Assembly: GCA_964474445.1 (NCBI GenBank) | Contig: CAYYSJ010000002.1 | Span: 183,774 to 247,773, forward strand | DNA: 64,000 nt | Reading direction: 5' to 3' | DNA from: an uncultured Gammaproteobacteria bacterium | GTDB taxonomy: Bacteria; Patescibacteriota; Microgenomatia; Levybacterales; UBA12049 | Shown here: positions 18,452 to 26,186 of the stretch, piece after piece | Numbering within the stretch: the first letter of the stretch is position 1 | Layout: each line of letters opens with the position of its first letter | The notes under the pieces: generated by a model | What the model was told of the DNA's origin: nothing | The model's database searches: none | Seen by the model: only the letters and a program-made list of their open reading frames with translations | Translations under genes and position numbers: made by a program

Positions 18452-19474
18452 ATGAATCTTCCTTCAAAAATGGTTGCTGTTGTTAAAGAACAAGCAGAAC
18501 CAGGAGTTGTTATTAAAAAAGTACCTGTTCCACGACCTGGGAAAGATGAGGTCTTAGTTAAAGTAAAAGCTGCCTCAATTTGTGGTACAGATATTAATAT
18601 CTATGATTGGACTCCCTGGGCTGCAGGACACATCAATCCTCCTGCCGTTATTGGACATGAGGTTGTAGGAGAAATTCTTGAGATTAATAGCGAGAATCCT
18701 CAAGGTTTGCAGATAGGTGATCTGGTATCTTCTGAGACTCATATTTTTTGTGGAAAATGTTATCAGTGTAGGATTGGCAACCAACACATTTGTGAGAATA
18801 TGCAGCTTTTTGGTATTGGAAGAAATGGAGGATTTGCAGAATATGCAGTTATTCCTGTTAGGACATCATGGAAAAATGATAAATCTATTCCTGTTGAATG
18901 GATGAGTGCTCAAGAACCACTTGGGAATGCTGTTCATGTAGTTCAAAAGGCTGGAGTGATGGGCAAAACTGTAGTTGTTTTTGGACTCGGGCCAACAGGA
19001 CTTTGTGCAATCGCTGTTGCGAAGGCTTATGGTGCAACAAAAGTAATCGGTATTAACAGAGGAGAATATCGACGTAATCTTGGGAAAGCAATGGGAGCGG
19101 ACGAAGTCTACGATAGTTTACCGAAAAAATATGAGAATGCAGTAGATGTTGTGCTTGAGATGTCTGGAAATGCAGATGTTATTCAAAGTGCTTTAAGAGC
19201 AGCACGAATTGCTGGCATAGTTATATTCTTTGGTATTCCGAAAAAAGAAGTAATGCTTGATATTGGCAAGTATTTTATTAATAAAGAGTTAACTGCAAAA
19301 AGTGTTTTTGGAAGAAAAATCTGGGAAACATGGTATCAAGTAAAAGAACTCCTTACCTCGAAAAAAATTGATCTTGGGAAGATGATTACTCATGAGTTCA
19401 AGTTACAAGAATTTGAAAAAGCGATGGGAGTCATGAAGTCGGGAGAATGTGGTAAGATACTTTTAAGACCATAA
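18452..19474 (+). CDS. tdh: L-threonine 3-dehydrogenase (Zn-dependent MDR family)
   Basis: Start chosen at MNLPSKMVAVVKE. Zn-ADH motifs ASICGTDINIYDW and GHEVVGEI, Rossmann GLGPTGLCA. Immediately followed by kbl, giving the classic tdh-kbl pair. Confidence 0.85.
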   Translation: MNLPSKMVAVVKEQAEPGVVIKKVPVPRPGKDEVLVKVKAASICGTDINIYDWTPWAAGHINPPAVIGHEVVGEILEINSENPQGLQIGDLVSSETHIFCGKCYQCRIGNQHICENMQLFGIGRNGGFAEYAVIPVRTSWKNDKSIPVEWMSAQEPLGNAVHVVQKAGVMGKTVVVFGLGPTGLCAIAVAKAYGATKVIGINRGEYRRNLGKAMGADEVYDSLPKKYENAVDVVLEMSGNADVIQSALRAARIAGIVIFFGIPKKEVMLDIGKYFINKELTAKSVFGRKIWETWYQVKELLTSKKIDLGKMITHEFKLQEFEKAMGVMKSGECGKILLRP

Positions 19475-19476
19475 CT

Positions 19477-20676
19477 ATGTCATACGTATCTTCTTTCTAC
19501 AAAAAATTAGCAGAGCAAAATGCTTCTGGGAAATGGCCTCATGTTATTGAGTCAGGAGAAGGTGCATATCTCACAATTGAAGGGGTAAAAAAAATTAATT
19601 TTTGCTCAAGTCACTATTTAGGACTTGCTGTAGATCCACGTTTAGCTGATGCAGTTGTTGATGCAGTGAAAAAATATGGTATTGGGACAGGCTACCGTAC
19701 ACTTGCTGGCACACATAAACTTCATCTTGAGCTTGAGGAAGCAATAGCACAGTTTAAGGGGACAGAAAAAGCAGTTGTTCTCTCAAGTGCTTACATGGCA
19801 AATGCTGCAGCAATGCAAACAATTCTTGAAAAGGAAGATATTATTATTTCAGATGAGTTAAATCATGCATCTATTATTGATGCAGTAAGACTAACAGGGG
19901 TAAAAAATAAGTTTATTTATAAACATGCTGACACTGCAGACTTGGAAGCACGGCTGATTGAGGCAAAAGAAGTACAGAAAACGCCGAAAGCAAATGGTGA
20001 GATTCCACTTATTCTTATTGTAACAGATGGTGTTTTTTCTATGGATGGAGATTTAGCTCCACTCCCTGAAATTGTAAAGCTTGCAAAGCAGTATGATGCA
20101 CTCACGATGGTTGATGATGCACACGGAGAAGGAGTTTTGGGAAATGGAGGACGGGGAATTGTTGATCATTTTGGACTTGCAGGACAAGTTGATATTGAAG
20201 TAGGAAGTCTTTCTAAGGCATTTTCCGTCATGGGTGGATTTATTGCAGGTAAAAAACCGTTAATAGATTTTTATATGCTCAAGGCTCGTCAAAGACTTTT
20301 CTCTATCGCACTTACCATTCCAGATACAGCAGCAGCACTCAAAGCTATACAAATTCTTCTTGAGTCAGATGCTCTTGTAAAAAAATTATGGGACAATGTC
20401 TCATACTTGCAGGAAGGCTTTAAAAAATTGGGTTTTGATACGGGTAACTCAAAGACTCCAATTATTCCTGTTATGTTAGGTGATGAAGAAGTTGCAAGAC
20501 AATTTAGTGCAAAATTATTTGATTTAGATGTCTTTGCAACTCCAATTGTTTTCCCAATGGTGGGTAAAGGAAAGGCTCGCATCAGAGTCATTGCAAGTGC
20601 GTCTTTCTCAAAAGAAGATATGGATAAGGGCCTTGCTGCATTTGAAAAAGTTGGAAAAGAACTGAAAGTCTTATAG
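19477..20676 (+). CDS. kbl: 2-amino-3-ketobutyrate CoA ligase (glycine C-acetyltransferase), PLP-dependent
   Basis: 399 aa class-II aminotransferase / alpha-oxoamine synthase fold with PLP-lysine region GSLSKAFSVMGGF. Adjacent to tdh with a 2-nt gap. Confidence 0.85.
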   Translation: MSYVSSFYKKLAEQNASGKWPHVIESGEGAYLTIEGVKKINFCSSHYLGLAVDPRLADAVVDAVKKYGIGTGYRTLAGTHKLHLELEEAIAQFKGTEKAVVLSSAYMANAAAMQTILEKEDIIISDELNHASIIDAVRLTGVKNKFIYKHADTADLEARLIEAKEVQKTPKANGEIPLILIVTDGVFSMDGDLAPLPEIVKLAKQYDALTMVDDAHGEGVLGNGGRGIVDHFGLAGQVDIEVGSLSKAFSVMGGFIAGKKPLIDFYMLKARQRLFSIALTIPDTAAALKAIQILLESDALVKKLWDNVSYLQEGFKKLGFDTGNSKTPIIPVMLGDEEVARQFSAKLFDLDVFATPIVFPMVGKGKARIRVIASASFSKEDMDKGLAAFEKVGKELKVL

Positions 20677-20698
20677 TCATTTGACAATTACTTTTGAT

Positions 20699-20715
20699 AG
20701 TCTTGCCGGCAGACT
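20699..20715. terminator. short palindrome between convergent kbl and the hypothetical gene at 20714..21379
   Basis: AGTCTTGCCGGCAGACT, an imperfect palindrome overlapping the stop of the minus-strand gene. The predicted stem is weak. Confidence 0.3.
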
Positions 20716-21379
20716 ATAAAAGTGTTTTTATAGGAAAAAGTCCTTTAAGGATTGCAAAGGCTGCATGAACTTCTGTATCTTCTAAAATGATTGAGACTTC
20801 ATTTAGTGTTGATACTATTTCAATAATATTAATTCCTTCCCATGCAAGCGATTTGAGGAAGAAATAATAGACGCCAGGTGTATCAACATTCTCTTTTGGT
20901 AATCGTATTGTTATTGCAGATAAATTATCTTTTTCAGATAAAACGGTTTCATTTTCAAGCGTCTTTTTTACTTGACTGTGCAAATCTTTACTGAAAATAA
21001 TTGCAGTTTCAAAAACTCCTTCAGTAAGTGTAAAGTAGTATTTATTTTCTTCAGAATACAATGCAGAAAGCTCTTGATATTTTTTACGAAGACTTTCTGA
21101 GTTTGTGTAATTAAGTTCAACAAGGTTAGACCTAACGATCATTTCTGGTGTTGTTCGAAATATCGTAAGAGGAACAAATTTTGGTTTCATCTCCTCAGCA
21201 AGTCTTTTGATTGCCATAATAATAGATGCTTCTGACACATCTTTAAAAAGCATTTTATCAAGCTCTGGCTTAATATACCTTGCAAGTGCAGAGTAGTTAA
21301 TAAGCCCCTTACTCATTGCCTCAGTTAGATAGCGAGATCTCTCTACAATTTGTTTGGTTGCTTCAGGTACAGTAATCAT
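20714..21379 (-). CDS. hypothetical protein with ACT-like C-terminal segment
   Basis: 221 aa, no confident family. C-terminal ~70 aa (GVYYFFLKSLAWEGINIIEIVSTLNEVSIILEDTEVHAAFAILKGLF) resembles an ACT/regulatory beta-alpha-beta-beta-alpha-beta unit. Confidence 0.35.
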   Translation of the reverse strand: MITVPEATKQIVERSRYLTEAMSKGLINYSALARYIKPELDKMLFKDVSEASIIMAIKRLAEEMKPKFVPLTIFRTTPEMIVRSNLVELNYTNSESLRKKYQELSALYSEENKYYFTLTEGVFETAIIFSKDLHSQVKKTLENETVLSEKDNLSAITIRLPKENVDTPGVYYFFLKSLAWEGINIIEIVSTLNEVSIILEDTEVHAAFAILKGLFPIKTLL

Positions 21380-21603
21380 AGATATTGATTGTTAAAATCT
21401 TAACATAATTAATGTATTTCTGTCAAAAATTGTAAGAAATTGGCAATTATCAATGTCCATTGAGTAATAGGATATCTTGAGATTATTCAAGATTCCAACC
21501 GTGGTGCTGTTGGAGGAGCGATCCTTATGGCTGAGCTTCTGGTAAAAAAAGGCTACATTTCCTCATAATTGTTTAAAACTTAAAAGTAAGATAAAATACG
21601 CTT

Positions 21604-23715
21604 ATGGAAGATTCAAGTTTGAAAAAAGTCCGTTTAGAAAAAATAGAAAAATTAAAAGAGGTAGGGATTAATCCTTATCCTCATTCTTTTAACAAAACAC
21701 ATACTGTTGCTCAGACTCGAGATAGCGAAGGGAAAGTGGTCTGCACAGCAGGTCGTATGATGTCATATAGAGAACACGGTAATATCGCATTTGCTGATAT
21801 CGTCGATGAAACAGGAAGAATTCAGATATTCTTCCAGAAAAAAATCCTTGGGGAATCATTTAGACGCCTGAAATTACTTGATATAGGGGATTTCGTTGGA
21901 ATTGAAGGAGAAGTCGGTAAGACGGTTGCTGGGGAAATATCTATTATCCCAACAGAATATACTCTCTTAAGTAAGTCTCTCCGTCCTCTTCCTAATGAGT
22001 GGTATGGGTTAAAAGATACAGAAACGCGATACAGACAGCGATATTTGGATCTGATTCTGAATCCAACAGTAAGGGAAAGGTTTAACATTCGCACAAAGGT
22101 GATTAGTGGAGTGCGTGAGTATCTGGATAGCTTAGGTTTCTGGGAAGTAGAGACGCCAGTATTGCAACCCATGTATGGTGGTGCGAATGCAAAACCGTTT
22201 ACCACTCATTTGAATGCGCTAGATCAAATGATGTATTTGAGAATTGCTGTTGAATTGTACATAAAGCGATTAATTGCTGGTGGATATGAAAAAGTTTATG
22301 AAATTGCAAAAGATTTTCGAAATGAAGGGGTAGACCAAACTCATTCTCCAGAATTCACAATGATTGAGTGGTATGAGTCATATGTCGATTATCATACCAT
22401 GATGGATAGGGCAGAAGGACTTCTGAAATTCCTTGCTACCAAAATCTATGGCACGACTGTTCTACAAGTAGAAGACAAAACAATTGATATTGGTAATACG
22501 TGGCCGAGAATAACTATGTCTGATATTCTCAAAGAAAAACTAAGTCTGGATGTCGAAGCTGAAACACATGAGAGCCTATTGAAATTCTTAAAAGAAAAAT
22601 CCCCTGATGCGGAAGTAATTGGCACAGAAACAAAAGGACAGCTCATCTTTATGATTTTTGATCACCTTATTCCAAAAACATTGAAAGAGCCAACATGGAT
22701 TGTTGATTATCCAGCAGATATTAGTCCTTTTGCTCGTCCTCACAGAGAAAAGGAAGGGTGGGTTGAGCGATTTGAAGGATATATTGGTGGAAAGGAAATT
22801 TTTGATGGATGGACAGAAATTACCGATGCAAAAATTCAGAGAAAGGCATGGGAAAAAGATACCGATGCGGCACGCCCTGATAAAGAAGAAGCACAACATG
22901 TTGATGAAGATTATCTTACAGCGATGGAATATGGTATGCCTCCATATGGGGGTATTGGAGTAGGTATTGATAGATTAACTATGCTTTTTACCAACACATG
23001 GGCCATTAAAGAATTAATTCTATTCCCAACACTGAAGAGAGATAAAACTGAAAAAGAAGAAGTAGAAGAGGTACAACAAAAGACTTCCCATGGCGCTACA
23101 AATAATTTGAAACAAGCTGATGTTTCGAGTGTGACATGGACACGAGATGAAGCATATAATCTCTTAACACAGTATATGTCTTCACCTAATCTTATCAAAC
23201 ACTCTCTTGCAGCTGAGGCAGCGATGAGAGGCATTTATAGATACCTCTATGGGGGAAACGGGAATGTGCATGATGAAGAAATCTGGGGAGTGACAGGACT
23301 TTTGCATGATGTAGATTATGAAGTTGCCCAAAAAGAGGAGAAGTTAGAATTTCATGGAAGACTTCTTTTTGATCAAAATCCTCAATTAATCCCTGAACCG
23401 ATTCAACACGCAATTAAAGCGCATAACTATACCAAGACAGGGACAGATCCTGAAACTGACCTTGATTGGGCAATAGCAACAGTTGATCAACTAACTGGCT
23501 TAGTTGTTTCCAGCGCACTTATTCATCCTGATAAAAAATTGGGATCTATTGATAAGGATTTTGTTCTCAAACGTTTTCATACACCGGGTTTCTCAAAAGG
23601 GGTAGATAGGGAAAATATTAAAAATTGTGAGACAAGACTTGGAATAGCACTTCAGGATTTTATTCAGATTACTTTGGAATCCATGCAACAAATTTCAGAT
23701 AAAATGGGTCTCTAG
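21604..23715 (+). CDS. lysS: lysyl-tRNA synthetase (class II) with C-terminal HD-domain phosphohydrolase extension
   Basis: Residues ~1-500 show the class II LysRS anticodon-binding OB fold and catalytic core (FRNEGVDQTHSPEFTMIEWY; GGIGVGIDRLTMLF). Residues ~510-703 carry HD motifs H-x-L-A-A-E-A...GLLHDVDY. Confidence 0.85.
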   Translation: MEDSSLKKVRLEKIEKLKEVGINPYPHSFNKTHTVAQTRDSEGKVVCTAGRMMSYREHGNIAFADIVDETGRIQIFFQKKILGESFRRLKLLDIGDFVGIEGEVGKTVAGEISIIPTEYTLLSKSLRPLPNEWYGLKDTETRYRQRYLDLILNPTVRERFNIRTKVISGVREYLDSLGFWEVETPVLQPMYGGANAKPFTTHLNALDQMMYLRIAVELYIKRLIAGGYEKVYEIAKDFRNEGVDQTHSPEFTMIEWYESYVDYHTMMDRAEGLLKFLATKIYGTTVLQVEDKTIDIGNTWPRITMSDILKEKLSLDVEAETHESLLKFLKEKSPDAEVIGTETKGQLIFMIFDHLIPKTLKEPTWIVDYPADISPFARPHREKEGWVERFEGYIGGKEIFDGWTEITDAKIQRKAWEKDTDAARPDKEEAQHVDEDYLTAMEYGMPPYGGIGVGIDRLTMLFTNTWAIKELILFPTLKRDKTEKEEVEEVQQKTSHGATNNLKQADVSSVTWTRDEAYNLLTQYMSSPNLIKHSLAAEAAMRGIYRYLYGGNGNVHDEEIWGVTGLLHDVDYEVAQKEEKLEFHGRLLFDQNPQLIPEPIQHAIKAHNYTKTGTDPETDLDWAIATVDQLTGLVVSSALIHPDKKLGSIDKDFVLKRFHTPGFSKGVDRENIKNCETRLGIALQDFIQITLESMQQISDKMGL

Positions 23716-23721
23716 TTCCTC

Positions 23722-24336
23722 ATGCAAAAAATTCTTATTGCAACCACCAATAAAGGAAAATTAGGAGAAATTAAAGAATCTCTCTCTGACTTACCAGTAG
23801 ATTTTGTTTCATTGTATGACGTTGGTATAACAGATGAAGTTATTGAAGATGGAAAAACATACGAAGAGAACTCTCAGAAAAAAGCTACTTTTTATGCATC
23901 ACGGTCTGGTTTACCTGCTATATCAGATGATGGAGGTCTTGAGATAGATGCTCTTGGAGGGGCTCCAGGAATTAACAGCAAATTTTTTGGAGGGAAAGAA
24001 GGAAAAGATGAAGATATCATCAAAAAAATGATGGAAGTTTCTCAAACTATTCCTGACGATAAGAGGGATGCAAAGTTTGTTGCAGTATTGTCTTTTGCAT
24101 TGCCTAATGGGAAGGTATGGAGTGAGAGGTCGGAAGTTGTCCTTCAGGTTTCCAAAAAACCACTTTTCAAACATCTTAAAGGATTCCCCTACCGCTCATT
24201 TCTTGTTATTCCTGCAATTGGCAAATACTATCATGAATCAGAATTGACCGAGCAAGAACGCAAGGAGTATAATCACAGATATAAGGCGTTAGTGAAGTTA
24301 AAGAAAATAATACTTACTGAACTGAAACTTCAATAA
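23722..24336 (+). CDS. rdgB: non-canonical purine NTP pyrophosphatase (RdgB/HAM1, ITPase)
   Basis: 204 aa. MQKILIATTNKGKLGEIKE plus the ITPase substrate-binding motifs. Confidence 0.85.
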   Translation: MQKILIATTNKGKLGEIKESLSDLPVDFVSLYDVGITDEVIEDGKTYEENSQKKATFYASRSGLPAISDDGGLEIDALGGAPGINSKFFGGKEGKDEDIIKKMMEVSQTIPDDKRDAKFVAVLSFALPNGKVWSERSEVVLQVSKKPLFKHLKGFPYRSFLVIPAIGKYYHESELTEQERKEYNHRYKALVKLKKIILTELKLQ

Positions 24337-24380
24337 CCTGCCATAAGGAGATGCTGAAATAATTTCAGCATAAAAATTAC

Positions 24381-25640
24381 ATGATTGATCTTAAATTACT
24401 AAGAGAAACCCCGCAATATTTTAAAGATGCCGCAAAAGCAAAAAATGTACACGTTGATGTCGACCATATCCTAGAAATAGACGCAAGACAAAGGGAATTA
24501 GCGCGAAATGTGCAAATGCTTCGAGAAGAAAGAAATGTGTTGACTTCTGCAATGAAAGGGGGAAAACCGACTCCTGAACAAATAGAAAAAGGAAAAAATC
24601 TCAAAGAAAGGCTTGAAAAAGATGAACATACACTTGCAGCAGTAGATGATGAACTAAAAGCAGAATTATATAAAATTCCAAATCCTGTCAAACCAGATGT
24701 TAAAGTAGGAAAAGATGAGAGTGAAAATGAAGTGATCAAGACTGTGGGGAATCCACGAAAGTTTGATTTCCCAGTGAAGGATCATCTGGAGCTTGGAGAG
24801 AAATTAAACATTATTGATACACAGACGGCTGCAGAGATAAGTGGTGCACGGTTTAATTATTTGAAAAATGAGGGTGCACTGTTAGAATTTGCACTCAAGC
24901 AGCTTGCTTTTGAAGTACTTCTTAAAGAAGGATTTACCCCAATTCTTCCTCCTGTTTTAGTAAGAAAACAAATTATGGATGATTTAGGCTATACGGCAAT
25001 GGGAGAAGAAGAAAATATCTATGCAATTGCACAAGATGATTTGTATTTAATAGGTACTTCTGAACAGTCTATTGTACCGATGTTGAAAGATAAAGTTGTT
25101 GATAAATCAGAATTGCCGAAGCGTTTTGTTGGATTTTCGACATGTTTTAGAAGAGAAGCAGGAAGTTATGGAAAAGATACCAAGGGAATTTTTCGAGTTC
25201 ACCAATTTGATAAAGTAGAAATGGTGAGTTTTGTTGAACAAGGAAAAGATGATGAGGAACACGAATATTTGCTCTCTCTTGAAGAAAAATTCTTTCAACT
25301 TTTAGAGATTCCATATCAGGTTATTCGAATTTGCAGTGGTGATTTAGGATTTAATGCTGCAAGAAAATACGATATTGAAGCATGGATTCCATCACAAGAA
25401 AAGTATCGAGAAGTTACTTCAACATCGACTGTTACTGATTTCCAATCACGAAGACTTAATATGAAGTATCAAGATGGTGATGAGAAGAAATATTTACAGG
25501 TACTTAATGGCACAGCATACTCAATGAATCGTCCAATTATTGCTATTCTAGAAAATTATCAACAAGAGGATGGAAGTGTTGTTATTCCTGAAGTACTAAG
25601 AAAATATATTGGAAAAGACACAATTACTCCCAAAAAGTAA
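24381..25640 (+). CDS. serS: seryl-tRNA synthetase
   Basis: 419 aa with an N-terminal coiled-coil arm and class II motifs (GFSTCFRREAGSYGKDTKGIFRVHQF; NGTAYSMNRPIIAILENYQ). Confidence 0.9.
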   Translation: MIDLKLLRETPQYFKDAAKAKNVHVDVDHILEIDARQRELARNVQMLREERNVLTSAMKGGKPTPEQIEKGKNLKERLEKDEHTLAAVDDELKAELYKIPNPVKPDVKVGKDESENEVIKTVGNPRKFDFPVKDHLELGEKLNIIDTQTAAEISGARFNYLKNEGALLEFALKQLAFEVLLKEGFTPILPPVLVRKQIMDDLGYTAMGEEENIYAIAQDDLYLIGTSEQSIVPMLKDKVVDKSELPKRFVGFSTCFRREAGSYGKDTKGIFRVHQFDKVEMVSFVEQGKDDEEHEYLLSLEEKFFQLLEIPYQVIRICSGDLGFNAARKYDIEAWIPSQEKYREVTSTSTVTDFQSRRLNMKYQDGDEKKYLQVLNGTAYSMNRPIIAILENYQQEDGSVVIPEVLRKYIGKDTITPKK

Positions 25641-25900
25641 TCTTCTCACTACATTTTCATTTATAATTTTTCATTTCCACTGCTATTACTCATTCAAAAA
25701 ATTATTCTATTTTCTGAGTAAAAATTGAAAATTATGCTATGAAATAGGCATCGTAATTTTTATTGGTTTATCAATCTAATCAGTCATTTTTGAAGCAAGT
25801 GAAAAATATTGACAAAATACCCAAAAAGATTAACGATAAATATATCATACCTGCCCAAGATAGAAAAATGCTTGGAGGAAACAAAAAGGAGGTGATTTCC

Positions 25901-25993
25901 ATGCCAGTAAAGAAGAAAACAGCACACAAGAAAACAACAACAAAGAAAGCAACATCAAAGAAGACAAAGACAAAAGCAAAAAAAAGAAAATAA
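25901..25993 (+). CDS. tiny lysine/threonine-rich basic protein (30 aa), paralog-like to the one at 9278
   Basis: ATG at 25901 is preceded by AAAAAGGAGGTGAT, the same SD as at 9261. Product MPVKKKTAHKKTTTKKATSKKTKTKAKKRK. A strong terminator lies 45 nt downstream. The track ORF from 25763 has no SD and odd composition. Confidence 0.4.
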   Translation: MPVKKKTAHKKTTTKKATSKKTKTKAKKRK

Positions 25994-26041
25994 GCTAAGT
26001 CTTGATCTTTTTTGATCAATACCAATTGATCGATTGGTAGA

Positions 26042-26074
26042 CCCCCCACCTCTCTGGTGGGGGTTTACTTTTTG
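26042..26074 (+). terminator. rho-independent terminator
   Basis: CCCCCCACCtctctGGTGGGGG perfect 8-bp GC stem followed by TTTACTTTTTG. Confidence 0.65.
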
Positions 26075-26090
26075 AAAGTCTCAATTTGAG

Positions 26091-26125
26091 TTGACAATGG
26101 TTTTATGGTAAGATGTAATTGTCAT
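26091..26125 (+). promoter_or_regulatory. candidate sigma70-type promoter for secA
   Basis: TTGACA, 17-nt spacer, TGTAAT. A short hairpin ATCCTGGcttgtCCAGGAT lies in the leader. Confidence 0.3.
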
Positions 26126-26186
26126 CCTGGCTTGTCCAGGATCTATTCCTCTTTGTGGAGATTCTGGATGCACTTCGTTTACCAGA

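Noticed and set aside
21500-21560. GGTGCTGTTGGAGGAGCGATCC segment upstream of lysS examined as a possible SRP-RNA or T-box element
   Set aside because: It lacks the SRP domain-IV AGGAAGCAGCC / GNRA features and the T-box AATTAGGGTGGTACCGCG consensus. Only a short hairpin CCAAC...GTTGG is present.
24351-24367. Perfect palindrome GCTGAAATAATTTCAGC between rdgB and serS considered as a regulatory operator
   Set aside because: Its position immediately after the rdgB stop and the following A/T-rich tract fit a simple intrinsic terminator or attenuator hairpin better, so it is not elevated to a finding.
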